Part shown: positions 30,036 through 40,187 of the stretch, one piece after another | Layout of the letters: every line of letters starts with the position of its first letter | Numbering within the stretch: position 1 is the stretch's first letter | Assembly: GCA_024695465.1 (NCBI GenBank) | Contig: JAILID010000154.1 | Location: 1,681-65,680 of the forward strand | Source: Lachnospiraceae bacterium | GTDB lineage: Bacteria; Bacillota; Clostridia; Lachnospirales; Lachnospiraceae | Length of the DNA stretch: 64,000 nucleotides | Reading direction: 5' to 3' | Notes under the pieces: model-generated | The model's database searches: none | Told to the model about the DNA's origin: nothing | The model's input: the letters and a program-made list of their open reading frames with translations, nothing else | Made by a program: the position numbers and the translations under genes

Positions 30036-30329
30036 ATGCTTAATATGAATCTCCAGCTCTTCGCGCACAAGAAGGGCGTCGGTTCCACCAAGAACGGACG
30101 TGATTCCGAGGCGAAGAGATTAGGCGCCAAGAGAGCAGACGGCCAGTTCGTCAAGGCTGGCAACATCCTTTACAGGCAGCGCGGCACGCACATCCATCCG
30201 GGTGCCAACGTCGGCCGCGGCGGCGATGATACGCTCTACGCAAAGGCAGACGGCATTGTCCGCTTCTCAAGACTCGGCAAATACCGCAAGCAGTGCTCCA
30301 TCGAGCCTGTCGCGGCGGTCGAGGAATAA
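30036..30329 (+). CDS. rpmA: 50S ribosomal protein L27 (with Prp-cleaved N-terminal extension)
   Basis: [10 protein letters not shown] propeptide precedes [15 protein letters not shown]. Confidence 0.97.
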   Translation: MLNMNLQLFAHKKGVGSTKNGRDSEAKRLGAKRADGQFVKAGNILYRQRGTHIHPGANVGRGGDDTLYAKADGIVRFSRLGKYRKQCSIEPVAAVEE

Positions 30330-30351
30330 TTCTGTAAGGAAAAGCTGATGA

Positions 30352-30389
30352 AAGGCTTCGAATCCGATGGATTTGAAGCCTTGTTTTGT
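30352..30389 (+). terminator. Rho-independent terminator after rpmA
   Basis: aaggcttcgaatcc / ggatttgaagcctt followed by gttttgt. Confidence 0.75.
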
Positions 30390-30489
30390 ATAGGCGGCCG
30401 GATTTTTTTAAATGCGGCGCCCAAAGACGCATCGGACAGGGACCCGGGGTTTCTGCCGGATCAACAAAGAAAGAAAAGAGAAACAACCT

Positions 30490-31815
30490 ATGTTTTTAGA
30501 CCATGCGAGAATACATATCCGCTCGGGCAAAGGGGGCGACGGCCACGTCAGCTTCCATCGGGAGAAGTTCGTCGCGGCCGGCGGCCCGGACGGGGGCGAC
30601 GGCGGCCGGGGCGGGGATATCATTTTTGAGGTGGACAAGGGGATGAATACGCTGTTCCCCTACAAGCACCGCTACATGTTCCGGGCCGGAGACGGCGGGG
30701 AGGGCAAGAAGAAGCGGGGCCACGGGGCCGACGGCAGCGATCTCATCCTCAAGGTGCCGGAAGGAACGATCCTCAGGGAAGAGCATTCCGGGGAGATCAT
30801 CGCCGATCTGTCCGGGGAGAACACGCGCCAGGTGATCCTCAGGGGCGGCCGGGGCGGCCGGGGAAATATGAATTTTGCCAGCCCGACCAACCAGGCGCCC
30901 CAGTACGCGGAGCCCGGCAAGGCGGCCATGGAGCTGGACGTCACTATGGAACTGAAGCTGGTGGCGGACGTGGGGCTTGTGGGCTTCCCGAACGCCGGCA
31001 AGTCCACCTTCCTCTCCCGGGTCACCAACGCGAAGCCGAAGATCGCGGATTATCCCTTCACGACGATCCAGCCCAATCTCGGAGTGGTGGATTTCGGCGG
31101 CGGGAGGGGCTTCATCATTGCGGACATGCCGGGCCTTATCGAAGGGGCTTCCGGGGGCGTGGGGCTGGGCCATGAATTCCTGCGCCATATCGAGCGGACC
31201 CGCGTCATCATCCATCTGGTGGATGCGGCGTCCTTTGACGGGCGGGATCCGGTGGAGGACATAAGGGCCATCCACAGGGAACTTGAAAGCTTCAACCCGG
31301 AGATCATGAAGAAGCCGATCGTCATCGCCGCCAACAAGATCGACGCCATAAGCGGCCTCTCGGAGGATCCGCTGGAGAAGATCAGGGCTTCCTTTTCTGA
31401 TGAAGAATTCCCGATCTTCCCCATCTCCGCGGTCACGGGCGAGGGCGTGAAAGAACTTCTCAATAAAGTGATGAATCTTCTTGAAACTACGGCGGTAAAA
31501 CAGGTATACTATGAGCAGGAGTTCTTCCCGGAGGACATGATTCTTTCCGACGACCTTCCCTACACGATCGAGAAGGAGACGGACAGCAAGGGCCGCCCGG
31601 TCTACGTGGTCGAGGGGCCGAAGATCGAAAAGATGCTGTCCTACACGAACCTGGATTCGGAGAGGGGCTTCAGCTACTTCCAGCGCTTCCTTCACAGGTC
31701 CGGCATCATCAAGGCCCTGAAGAAGGAAGGAATCGGGGAAGGGGATACCGTGCGGATGTACGGCCATGCTTTTGATTTTTATGATGAGTCCGCGGACGCT
31801 TCCGCGGGCAGGTAA
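30490..31815 (+). CDS. obg: GTPase Obg/CgtA
   Basis: MFLDHARIHIRSGKGGDGHVSFHREKF, G1 motif GFPNAGKST, and a C-terminal OCT/TGS-like domain. The ATG at 30490 was chosen over the listed upstream ATG. Confidence 0.95.
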   Translation: MFLDHARIHIRSGKGGDGHVSFHREKFVAAGGPDGGDGGRGGDIIFEVDKGMNTLFPYKHRYMFRAGDGGEGKKKRGHGADGSDLILKVPEGTILREEHSGEIIADLSGENTRQVILRGGRGGRGNMNFASPTNQAPQYAEPGKAAMELDVTMELKLVADVGLVGFPNAGKSTFLSRVTNAKPKIADYPFTTIQPNLGVVDFGGGRGFIIADMPGLIEGASGGVGLGHEFLRHIERTRVIIHLVDAASFDGRDPVEDIRAIHRELESFNPEIMKKPIVIAANKIDAISGLSEDPLEKIRASFSDEEFPIFPISAVTGEGVKELLNKVMNLLETTAVKQVYYEQEFFPEDMILSDDLPYTIEKETDSKGRPVYVVEGPKIEKMLSYTNLDSERGFSYFQRFLHRSGIIKALKKEGIGEGDTVRMYGHAFDFYDESADASAGR

Positions 31816-31824
31816 GGAGAGGGA

Positions 31825-32133
31825 ATGCTGACAAGTAAGCAGAGAGCTTATCTGAAGGGGCTTGCCATGGTGATGGATCCGGTGGTCTATATCGGAAAGT
31901 CGTCGCTCACCCCGGAGAATACGAAGAATGTGGAGGAGGCCCTGGCCGCCCGGGAGCTGGTCAAGATCGGGGTGCTCAACAACTGCCTGGACGAACCCCG
32001 GGCGATTGCCGGGACCCTGGCGGAGCATACCCGTTCGGAGGTCGTGCAGGTGATCGGCAAGAAGATCGTCCTCTACCGGCCCGGTAAGGACAAGAACCGC
32101 AAGATTGAGCTTCCGAAGGCGAAGAAATCATGA
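31825..32133 (+). CDS. yhbY: Ribosome assembly RNA-binding protein YhbY (CRM domain)
   Basis: LTSKQRAYLKGLA....P.V.IGK..... Confidence 0.9.
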   Translation: MLTSKQRAYLKGLAMVMDPVVYIGKSSLTPENTKNVEEALAARELVKIGVLNNCLDEPRAIAGTLAEHTRSEVVQVIGKKIVLYRPGKDKNRKIELPKAKKS

Positions 32134-32753
32134 AGATCGGGATTATGGGCGGGACCTTTGACCCGATCCACATCGGGCACCTCATTCTGGGGGAAAATGC
32201 TTACCAGCAGTTCGAGCTTGACAGGGTCATCTTTATGCCGGCCGGCAATCCGCCCCACAAGAAGAACCGCCGGGGACAGGCGACGGACGCGCAGAGACTC
32301 TCCATGGTCTACCGGGCCGTCGCCTCCAACCCGCATTTCGAGGTTTCCGAGATGGAGATGAACGAAGAGGGCTATTCCTATACCTACCGGACCCTTGAGA
32401 CTTTGAGGGACAGGTATCCGGATAACGACTACTTTTTTATCATAGGCGCGGATTCCCTTTTCGATTTCGCGAAATGGCGGGAGCCGGGAAGGATCGCGGC
32501 GGCCTGCACCCTGATCGTCGCGACCCGCAACCACACGAGCAATGAAAAGCTGGACGAGGCTATCCGGGAGGTGCGGCAAAATTTCGGGGCCAGGATCCGC
32601 AAGCTGGATACGGAAAATATCGACGTGTCCTCCCACGAGGTCCGGGCCTGGGTGTCGGAGGGAAAGACCGTCAAGTATTACGTCCCGGATCCGGTCATCG
32701 ACTATATCAATGAGTTTAAGATCTACAGACAGGATGAGAAGGAGCGCGGATGA
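32130..32753 (+). CDS. nadD: Nicotinate-nucleotide adenylyltransferase
   Basis: GIMGGTFDPIHIGHL and the ISS..VR motif. Confidence 0.95.
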   Translation: MKIGIMGGTFDPIHIGHLILGENAYQQFELDRVIFMPAGNPPHKKNRRGQATDAQRLSMVYRAVASNPHFEVSEMEMNEEGYSYTYRTLETLRDRYPDNDYFFIIGADSLFDFAKWREPGRIAAACTLIVATRNHTSNEKLDEAIREVRQNFGARIRKLDTENIDVSSHEVRAWVSEGKTVKYYVPDPVIDYINEFKIYRQDEKERG

Positions 32754-33355
32754 AGGCAGATAATGAAATCGAGAAGATGCGGAAGACCCTGAAGAAATAC
32801 ATGGACGCCGACCGCTACTACCACACCCAGGGGGTCCGCTACACGGCGGCCGCGCTGGCCATGGCGCACGGGGAGGATATCGGCAAGGCGGAGCTTGCCG
32901 GGCTTCTTCATGACAGCGCCAAAAACATCCCGGAGAAGGAGCAGCTCAGTCTCTGCGAGAAGAACGGGATCCCCATCAGCGAGATCGAAAGGAAGAGCCC
33001 CTATCTTCTCCACGCCAAGCTGGGGGCCTACATCGCCGAGAAAAAGTACGGGGTCGCAGACCCTGAGGTGCTGGAGGCGATCCGCTGGCATACGACCGGG
33101 ACGGAAGGCATGTCCAGGCTTTCCCAGATCATCTTCATCGCCGATTATATCGAACCCCGCCGCTTTAAGGCCGGCAATCTGGACGAAGTTCGCAGGATGG
33201 CGTTTCGGGATCTGGACGAGTGCTGCTACATCATCCTCCGGGATACTTTGGGATACCTGAAAATGAAAGGCGCTTTCATCGATACGGAGACGGAAAAGGC
33301 TTTTCATTTTTATGAAAAGACGCATAACGCGCGCATACACAAAATAAAGGAGTAG
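32750..33355 (+). CDS. yqeK: HD-domain protein YqeK (bis(5'-nucleosyl)-tetraphosphatase)
   Basis: RY.HT.GV, LLHD.AK and the HD motif. It lies in the conserved nadD-yqeK-rsfS order. Confidence 0.9.
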   Translation: MKADNEIEKMRKTLKKYMDADRYYHTQGVRYTAAALAMAHGEDIGKAELAGLLHDSAKNIPEKEQLSLCEKNGIPISEIERKSPYLLHAKLGAYIAEKKYGVADPEVLEAIRWHTTGTEGMSRLSQIIFIADYIEPRRFKAGNLDEVRRMAFRDLDECCYIILRDTLGYLKMKGAFIDTETEKAFHFYEKTHNARIHKIKE

Positions 33356-33358
33356 GCT

Positions 33359-33718
33359 ATGGAAAAAGAGGAAAGCAGGAAACTTGCCGGGATCGCGGTC
33401 AAAACGCTGGATGAGAAGCTTGCCGAGGATATCAAAGTGATCGAGATCGACGGGATATCCGCCCTGGCGGATTATTTTGTGCTCGCGACCGGGCGGAATA
33501 CGAACCACACGGAGGCGCTGGTGGACGCGGTGGAGGAAGCCGGAACCCGGGCCGGCTTTGAGCCGGACCACGTGGAGGGACACAGGAACGCGAACTGGAC
33601 CCTGCTCGATTACCAGGGCGTCGTCATCCATATCTTCGACGAGGAGGCGAGGGGCTTCTACGACCTTGACCGCCTCTGGAAGGACGGCAGGATGATCGAC
33701 CCGGCGGAGCTCGGATGA
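33359..33718 (+). CDS. rsfS: Ribosome silencing factor RsfS
   Basis: ADYFVLATGRNTNH..A, W.LLDY..VV.HIF and R.FY.L..LW. Confidence 0.95.
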   Translation: MEKEESRKLAGIAVKTLDEKLAEDIKVIEIDGISALADYFVLATGRNTNHTEALVDAVEEAGTRAGFEPDHVEGHRNANWTLLDYQGVVIHIFDEEARGFYDLDRLWKDGRMIDPAELG

Positions 33719-35016
33719 GACGGAAGCTGTTGGGTCTTGCCGCGGCAGGGCTGGCCGCGGCGCTTATGCTGGGCGGCTGCCTGCCGGAAAGCCTGATTCC
33801 GGGGGAGGGGGATCCCGTCCCGCCCGGAATCTTTCTCGATTCGTCTTCGGGGGCGGAAAAACTGCCGCCGGAGGAGTCCGCGCCGCCCGTTGTCACGGAA
33901 AGCGCCGGGACGACGGAGACCGGGAACGGGCCGGAAGCTGAAAGCGGGAGCAGCGGAGGCGGGGAAGCCTGGCAGGGGGGCGCGTTGGAAGCCTGGGAGG
34001 ACTCTTTCCGCTACGGATTCCTTACGGATCATCAAAAGAAGGTCTACCGGGATCTCTATGAGAAGGCTTCTTCGCGGCTGGATGTCTTCAAAGTGACGGC
34101 GCTGGACTCCGATTCGGTGGAGTCCGCCTATTACGCCCTTCTTGCGGATCACCCCGAACTCTTCTGGCTGAGCGGGGCCGCTTCCATCTACGGGAGCGAA
34201 GGCCCGGGAGAGAAGGAGGTCACGCTCGTCTTCAACATGGAAGCGGATCGGATCGGGGAGCTCTCCGGCGTCATCGAGGAGAGGGTCCGGGAGTACCTTT
34301 CCTCCCTTCCGGAGGGGGCTTCGGAATATCAGAGGGTGAAGGCGGCTTACGAGTACATCATAAAGAATACGGACTACGAGCCGGGAGCGGCTCAGGGACA
34401 GAACATTCAGAGCGCTCTTATCAGCCGCGCCAGTGTCTGCGCGGGCTACTCCCGGGCTTTCCAGTATCTGCTCCATCGGGCGGGCGTTTTCTGCGCTTAC
34501 CTTTCGGGAACGGTTGAAAGGGACGGAAGAAACGAGCCCCACGCCTGGAACCTGGTCCGAATCGACGGAACCTATACCTATGTCGACGTGACCTGGGGGG
34601 ATCCCAATTACGGGGGGATGCCGCCGGGCGAGGGGATGCCGGAGATCACCTACGATTATCTCTGCCTTACCTCTGATGAGATGGAGAGGACTTCGCACCG
34701 GGCTGACGAGGAACTGCAAATGCCGGATTGCAGCTCAAAGGCGTATGATTACTACTTCTTAAACGGCTGCTGCTTTGAAAGCTTTGACGAAGAAAGCGTT
34801 TCTTCCCGCCTCTGGGCGGCTGTGGACAACAATATCCGGGAAGTTCATTTTAAATACGCTTCCTATGAGGAGTACGCGAAGGCTGCGTCGGCCATCTTCG
34901 AAGGCGGCCTTTTGAAGGAGGTCCTCCAGCAGCGCATGCAGTGGGACGGAAGCCGGCAGATCTCTTATTATCCGATGCTGACCGACGGATTGTATTCGAT
35001 TGATATCTACTGGTGA
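33715..35016 (+). CDS. Transglutaminase-like cysteine protease-fold lipoprotein
   Basis: The lipobox is LMLGGC. The transglutaminase core is SVCAGYSRAFQYLL...PHAWNLVRIDG..TYVDVTWGD (Cys-His-Asp). Confidence 0.8.
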   Translation: MRRKLLGLAAAGLAAALMLGGCLPESLIPGEGDPVPPGIFLDSSSGAEKLPPEESAPPVVTESAGTTETGNGPEAESGSSGGGEAWQGGALEAWEDSFRYGFLTDHQKKVYRDLYEKASSRLDVFKVTALDSDSVESAYYALLADHPELFWLSGAASIYGSEGPGEKEVTLVFNMEADRIGELSGVIEERVREYLSSLPEGASEYQRVKAAYEYIIKNTDYEPGAAQGQNIQSALISRASVCAGYSRAFQYLLHRAGVFCAYLSGTVERDGRNEPHAWNLVRIDGTYTYVDVTWGDPNYGGMPPGEGMPEITYDYLCLTSDEMERTSHRADEELQMPDCSSKAYDYYFLNGCCFESFDEESVSSRLWAAVDNNIREVHFKYASYEEYAKAASAIFEGGLLKEVLQQRMQWDGSRQISYYPMLTDGLYSIDIYW

Positions 35017-35088
35017 GCATAGGGGATAAGCCTGCGAAAAGACTTGCGCGCGGCGGCGGGCTGAAGAAACGTTAAACAGGAATAGAAG

Positions 35089-35124
35089 AACGGGCAGGGG
35101 GCGCGTACGCTTCCTGCCCGTTTT
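35089..35124 (+). terminator. Hairpin terminator in the convergent gap (may act on both strands)
   Basis: aacgggcagg / cctgcccgtt followed by tt(gg). Confidence 0.5.
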
Positions 35125-35139
35125 GGTCTGCAAGCCCGC

Positions 35140-36318
35140 TCAGAGGGTGATGAGCCGGCGCGAAAGAGTCTTTTCAGGCTCTTTTTTTCTTTTCTGGGCC
35201 AGGACGTAGTTCCAGAGATCGGATATCCGGGTCTCTTCAGTAAAGGCCTCCGGCAGCTGCTCCCTGGAAGGACGGAGCAGGAAGGGAATGCGGGCGGCGG
35301 AGGCAATCGCGGAGATGAGGGGCTTCGCCTCTTCCCGGTATCCGAGGACCTGGGTGAAGAGGCCGCTGTCCGGGAAGGAGGATTTTCGAAGCCCCAGGGC
35401 GATGGAAAGGAGCGCGCGGTTTACGGCGGTCAGGGTCACGGACCGGGATTTTACCAGCTTCGCGAACTGCCTGAAGGAAATGAAGGAATCGCGCTTTTCC
35501 CAGATCGTCCGGCTCAGGGCGCCGCTGACGTTCTCGAACTGATAGAGCATGGCCGGACTTTTTGCCTCGAGGAGGGCGAGTCCCAGGAGGAAGGAGAAGT
35601 CTTCGGGGAATACAGGGGGATATTCGAGAAGGTATGCGGAAAAAAGGCGGAGCGCTTCGGGCGGGATCGCTTCCTGCCAGCCCTCCCGGCCTTCCGAAAG
35701 GGCGGAACGTATGGCGCCGGCGGAGGAAAAGCTGCCGTCAAGCCCGGACGAGGCGTGGCCGGCGCCGATGCGGGGGAGGGTGACGGGATTGATGGAGGAT
35801 CCGCTCCGCATCAGCGCTTTCAGGTATTCGATTCCCAGGATATTGTTGGGGCCTTTGAGGAGCTCGCTGTATTCCGGCAGGGCCATGGAGCGGGCCAGGG
35901 GAAAGGCAGCCCCTTTCTTGAGGCCGTCTTTTAAGAGCGCCCGGAAGGAATCATCTTCTTCCAGCAGCTTATTGGCGCAGTTTTTAAGAGGGGAGATCTC
36001 ACCGCATTCCGAGGCGAAAAGGAGTTCGTCGACGCAGCCGAGGCTGTCCAGGATCCGGACGGAGTCCCGGGCGTAAGCTTCCGCGGACTGCAGGACGCAG
36101 CGGGAGGGGGAGGCGAGGACGAGGTCGGCCCCCGAGGCAAGGGCGGCTTCGGCGCGGACATGGCGGCCCATGAGGGCGGGCTCGCCGCGCTGGACATAGT
36201 CGCCGCTCATGAGAACCAGGACGAAATCCGCGCCGCAAAGGCGGCGGGCGGATTCGAGAATGAAGCGGTGGCCCTTGTGGAGCGGGTTGAATTCAGCGAT
36301 GACAGCTGCGGTTTTCAT
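35140..36318 (-). CDS. tmcAL: tRNA(Met) cytidine acetate ligase TmcAL (YlbM/UPF0348 nucleotidyltransferase)
   Basis: MKTAAVIAEFNPLHKGH. AGGAGG lies 8 nt upstream of the ATG at 36318; the listed longer ORF start is not supported. Confidence 0.85.
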   Translation of the reverse strand: MKTAAVIAEFNPLHKGHRFILESARRLCGADFVLVLMSGDYVQRGEPALMGRHVRAEAALASGADLVLASPSRCVLQSAEAYARDSVRILDSLGCVDELLFASECGEISPLKNCANKLLEEDDSFRALLKDGLKKGAAFPLARSMALPEYSELLKGPNNILGIEYLKALMRSGSSINPVTLPRIGAGHASSGLDGSFSSAGAIRSALSEGREGWQEAIPPEALRLFSAYLLEYPPVFPEDFSFLLGLALLEAKSPAMLYQFENVSGALSRTIWEKRDSFISFRQFAKLVKSRSVTLTAVNRALLSIALGLRKSSFPDSGLFTQVLGYREEAKPLISAIASAARIPFLLRPSREQLPEAFTEETRISDLWNYVLAQKRKKEPEKTLSRRLITL

Positions 36319-36430
36319 TTTCCAAAGCCCTCCTTTGCGCATGGGCAGGCTGATCGTTCCCCTCTTCGCGGCGGATTCGCGGAGGACCGAAAAATTTGTC
36401 ATTTGCCCCCCAGATAAACGAGAAAATCAC

Positions 36431-36459
36431 TTGTTTGACGCTTCTATAAAGAGTATAAT
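36431..36459 (+). promoter_or_regulatory. Sigma-A promoter for pta-ackA (TTGTTT-17-TATAAT)
   Basis: The hexamers were read directly. Confidence 0.55.
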
Positions 36460-36509
36460 ACATCTGTATGTACTTTTACAATTCCATTTTGAAAGGAGCA
36501 ATGAACATC

Positions 36510-37511
36510 ATGGCATTTATTGATACTATCAAAGCCCGCGCGGCGGCCAGCAAAAAGACTATCGTCCTTCCGGAGTCAGAGGATATCCGTACCTACAAGG
36601 CGGCGGAGCAGGTCCTGAAGGAAGGCTTCGCGAATATCGTCATCATCGGTTCCGAGGCGGAGGTCGCGGCCAACAAGGCGGATTGCGACATCAGTGGCGC
36701 GGTCATCGTCGATCCGAAGACCTGCCCGAAGACTGAAGCTTACATCGACAAGCTCGTCGAGCTCCGCGCGAAGAAGGGCATGACCAAAGAGAAAGCGGCC
36801 GAGATCATGACCACGTCCTACACCTACTACGGTGTCATGATGGTCAAGATGGGCGACGCCGACGGCATGGTTTCCGGCGCCTGCCATTCCACCGCCGACA
36901 CCCTTCGCCCGAGCCTTCAGATCCTGAAGACCGCCCCGGGCACCAAGCTCGTCTCATCCTTCTTCCTGATGAACGTTCCGAACTGCGAGTACGGCAACAA
37001 CGGCACCTTCGTCTTCTCCGACTGCGGGCTGAACCAGAATCCGACCGCCGAGGAGCTGGCCGCCATCGCCAAGTCCTCCGCGGATTCCTACAGGGCCCTG
37101 ACCGGCGACGAGCCGAAGGTCGCCATGCTTTCCTACTCCACCATGGGCAGCGCGAAGCACGATGACGTCACCAAGGTCGAGGAAGCTACCCGCATCGCGA
37201 AGGAAGAGAATCCGGATCTCGCGCTGGACGGCACGCTGCAGCTCGACGCCGCGATCGTCCCCTCGGTCGGCGAGTTCAAGGCCCCGGGCTCCAAGGTCGC
37301 GGGCCATGCGAACACCCTGATCTTCCCGAACCTTGACGCCGGCAACATCGGCTACAAGCTGGTCCAGAGACTGGCCAGGGCGGAAGCTTACGGCCCGATG
37401 ACCCAGGGCATCGCCGCTCCGGTCAACGACCTCTCCCGCGGCTGCTCCGCAGAGGATATCGTAGGTGTTGTTGCGATCACGGCCGTTCAGTGCCAGATTG
37501 CCGATAAATAA
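36510..37511 (+). CDS. pta: Phosphate acetyltransferase
   Basis: The PTA_PTB domain spans the full length (IVLPE.ED.R...A, SG..HSTADT). The ATG at 36510 is 11 nt from AGGAG. Confidence 0.93.
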   Translation: MAFIDTIKARAAASKKTIVLPESEDIRTYKAAEQVLKEGFANIVIIGSEAEVAANKADCDISGAVIVDPKTCPKTEAYIDKLVELRAKKGMTKEKAAEIMTTSYTYYGVMMVKMGDADGMVSGACHSTADTLRPSLQILKTAPGTKLVSSFFLMNVPNCEYGNNGTFVFSDCGLNQNPTAEELAAIAKSSADSYRALTGDEPKVAMLSYSTMGSAKHDDVTKVEEATRIAKEENPDLALDGTLQLDAAIVPSVGEFKAPGSKVAGHANTLIFPNLDAGNIGYKLVQRLARAEAYGPMTQGIAAPVNDLSRGCSAEDIVGVVAITAVQCQIADK

Positions 37512-37532
37512 TATAAAAGAGGTATAGAGAAA

Positions 37533-38729
37533 ATGAAAATCCTTATCATCAACGCGGGAAGCTCTTCCCTTAAGTACCAGCTCATCGATACGGCTGATGA
37601 ATCCGTCAAGGCCAAGGGCCTCTGCGAGAGGATCGGCATCGAAGGTTCCGTCCTGACCCACAAGGTTCCGGGAAAGGAAGACTATGTCAATGAGTCCCCG
37701 ATGCCGACCCACAAGGAAGCCATCCAGATGGTCCTCGACGCCCTGGTCGATGCGGATCACGGCGTCGTCGCCAGCGTAGACGAGATCTCCGCGGTCGGAC
37801 ACCGCGTCCTCCACGGCGGCCTTAAGTTCACGGAATCCACACTGGTCGATGAGAAGGTCAAGGAAGTCATCAAAGAATGCTTCCCGCTGGGCCCGCTCCA
37901 CAATCCGGCCAACCTGATGGGCATCGAGGCCTGCGAAGCCGCCATGCCGGGCAAGCCGAACGTCGCGGTTTTCGACACCACCTTCGGCATGGCCATGGAG
38001 CCCTACGCATACCTTTACGGTATCGACAGGAAGTATTATGAGAAGTATTCCATCCGCCGCTACGGCTTCCACGGGACTTCCCATATGTTCGTTTCCGGCG
38101 AGACCATCAAGTTCGCGAATCTGCCGGAAGGCAATCAGCGCGTGATCGTCTGCCATCTGGGCAACGGAGCTTCCATCTCCGCTTCCATCGGCGGCAAGTG
38201 CCAGGATACCTCCATGGGCCTTACCCCTCTTGAGGGACTGATCATGGGCACCCGTTCCGGCGATATGGATCCGGCAGTCGTCCAGACCATCGCGAACGGC
38301 GAAGGCATCTCCGTCGACGAAGTCCTGACGATCCTCAACAAGAAGTCCGGCGTTATGGCGATGTCCGGCGTCTCCTCCGACTTCCGCGATCTCGAAGCGG
38401 CAGCGGCGGAAGGCAATGAAAACGCCCAGCTGGCCCTGAAGGCTTTCAAATACCGCGTCATCAAGTACATCGGATCCTATACGGCGGCGATGAACGGCGT
38501 GGACGCGATCACCTTCACCGGCGGCATCGGCGAGAACGACGGCACGGTCCGCGCGGACGTCTGCAAGAACCTTGAGTACCTCGGCATCAAGATCGATCCG
38601 GAGAAGAACGCGATCCGCGGCAAGAAGGTTGAGATCTCCACGCCGGATTCCAGGGTCCGCGTGTTTGTCATCCCGACGAACGAAGAGCTGGCGATTGCCC
38701 GCGAGACCGTCCGCGTGGCCGGGCTTTAA
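37533..38729 (+). CDS. ackA: Acetate kinase
   Basis: MKILIINAGSSSLKYQL, HRVLHGG and FHGTSH. Confidence 0.97.
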   Translation: MKILIINAGSSSLKYQLIDTADESVKAKGLCERIGIEGSVLTHKVPGKEDYVNESPMPTHKEAIQMVLDALVDADHGVVASVDEISAVGHRVLHGGLKFTESTLVDEKVKEVIKECFPLGPLHNPANLMGIEACEAAMPGKPNVAVFDTTFGMAMEPYAYLYGIDRKYYEKYSIRRYGFHGTSHMFVSGETIKFANLPEGNQRVIVCHLGNGASISASIGGKCQDTSMGLTPLEGLIMGTRSGDMDPAVVQTIANGEGISVDEVLTILNKKSGVMAMSGVSSDFRDLEAAAAEGNENAQLALKAFKYRVIKYIGSYTAAMNGVDAITFTGGIGENDGTVRADVCKNLEYLGIKIDPEKNAIRGKKVEISTPDSRVRVFVIPTNEELAIARETVRVAGL

Positions 38730-38751
38730 TTGTATTTTTTAAAAATAAGCA

Positions 38752-38781
38752 TTGACAAAATATGGGCACCTTCTGTATAAT
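38752..38781 (+). promoter_or_regulatory. Sigma-A promoter for rpmF (TTGACA-18-TATAAT)
   Basis: Both hexamers match the consensus. Confidence 0.7.
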
Positions 38782-38815
38782 ATTCGAAGTGTCTTAAGGA
38801 TAGGAGGTGTAACCG

Positions 38816-39001
38816 ATGTCCATTTGTCCAAAGAATAAACATTGTTCTGCGAGACGTGACAAGACCAGGGCTCATTGGAAAATGCAGGCCCCGACGCTTG
38901 TCAAGTGCAGCAAGTGCGGAGCGCTCATGGTCCCGCATCGCGTCTGCAAAGCCTGCGGATCTTATAATAAGAGGGAGATCGTTAAGCAGGACGCTGAGTA
39001 A
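38816..39001 (+). CDS. rpmF: 50S ribosomal protein L32 (Zn-ribbon form)
   Basis: P.K.....RRD.R.H......L..C..CG....PHR.C..CG.Y. Confidence 0.93.
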   Translation: MSICPKNKHCSARRDKTRAHWKMQAPTLVKCSKCGALMVPHRVCKACGSYNKREIVKQDAE

Positions 39002-39020
39002 AGATACGAAGAGCAGACCT

Positions 39021-39052
39021 AAAGGCTGCCGCCGGATGGCGGAAGCCTTTTT
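39021..39052 (+). terminator. Rho-independent terminator after rpmF
   Basis: aaaggctgccgcc / ggcggaagccttt followed by ttt. Confidence 0.7.
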
Positions 39053-39192
39053 AGAGTCAGGGCGGACGGCAGCTTTACCTGCCGTTATGTCCCAAACGCA
39101 CCGGGAGTCACGACTGTCTTCTGCCGCGCGGAACGGCGCGTTAAGCGAAAAATGTTTTTCATTTCCCACAGCATTGACAGGGGAGAGTATAT

Positions 39193-39432
39193 ATGGAATT
39201 GGAGAAAATCAGGGCTATAGCCGCTAACGCCTTGCACTGTTCGCCGGAGAAAATCGGAAAAGATACGTCTTTTACCGAGGAACTGCATGCGGATTCGCTG
39301 GAGCTGATGAAGATTCTGGTGGATATGGAGGAGCTTTTTGATATTCCGCTTGAGGAGGGGGATATGAAAAAGCTCGATTCTCTGGGGGATGCGGCGTCTG
39401 TGCTGGCCAGGGCCAGAAAGCGTATAAAATGA
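39193..39432 (+). CDS. acpP: Acyl carrier protein
   Basis: 79 aa. LHADSLELMKILVDMEELF carries the phosphopantetheine Ser in DSL. It lies upstream of rnc. Confidence 0.85.
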   Translation: MELEKIRAIAANALHCSPEKIGKDTSFTEELHADSLELMKILVDMEELFDIPLEEGDMKKLDSLGDAASVLARARKRIK

Positions 39433-40187
39433 CGAAGGAAAAAAGATCTGAAGATTATAAGAGAAGAGTTCCCGCACCTAAAGTTACGATGAAGATGCTG
39501 GAGGAGACGATTGGGTATTCATTTTCCGATAAGGAGCTTCTGCTCACGGCGATGACCCATACCTCCTTCGCGAACGAACACCGGGGACAGAATGTGAAAC
39601 ATAATGAGCGCCTGGAATTTCTGGGGGACGCGGTGCTGGAAGCCGTGAGCTCGGAGTTTCTGTATGAGCGCTATCCCACGGATTCGGAAGGCGTGCTTTC
39701 CACCATGCGGGCCAGTATGGTCTGCGAGCCCTCCCTGGCCATCTGCGCCAGAAAGCTCGGGCTGCCCAGGTTTTTAAGGCTGGGCCGGGGAGAAGATAGC
39801 AGCGGCGGGAGAGATAAGGATTCGGTGATCTCGGACGCGACGGAAGCGGTGATCGGAGCCATCTATCTCGACGGAGGTTTCGAGAAGGCCAAGGAGTTCG
39901 CGCTGACCCATATCCTGCTGGTCCTGAAGGAGGATGAGCTCTACCGGGACTTCAAGACGGAGCTCCAGGAGATCATCCAGAACCGGGGAGAGTTCGTCAC
40001 CTATGTCCTCGTGGGCGAAGAAGGACCGGATCACGACAAGCGCTACACGATGGAAGTGCAGGTAAACGGCCAGACGCTGGGAAGGGGAAAAGGAAAGACG
40101 AAGAAGATGGCCTCAAAGATGGCGGCCAGGGAGGCCATGAAGAACATAGACGAGATTGGAATAGCGAATGTACCTGAAAAAGATTGA
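39429..40187 (+). CDS. rnc: Ribonuclease III
   Basis: The signature is NERLEFLGDAVL, with a C-terminal dsRBD (K.AKK.AS..AA..A). Confidence 0.95.
   Translation: MTKEKRSEDYKRRVPAPKVTMKMLEETIGYSFSDKELLLTAMTHTSFANEHRGQNVKHNERLEFLGDAVLEAVSSEFLYERYPTDSEGVLSTMRASMVCEPSLAICARKLGLPRFLRLGRGEDSSGGRDKDSVISDATEAVIGAIYLDGGFEKAKEFALTHILLVLKEDELYRDFKTELQEIIQNRGEFVTYVLVGEEGPDHDKRYTMEVQVNGQTLGRGKGKTKKMASKMAAREAMKNIDEIGIANVPEKD

Noticed and set aside
30496-32028. 510-aa minus-strand ORF
   Set aside because: It is antisense to obg and yhbY. It has no motifs or RBS.
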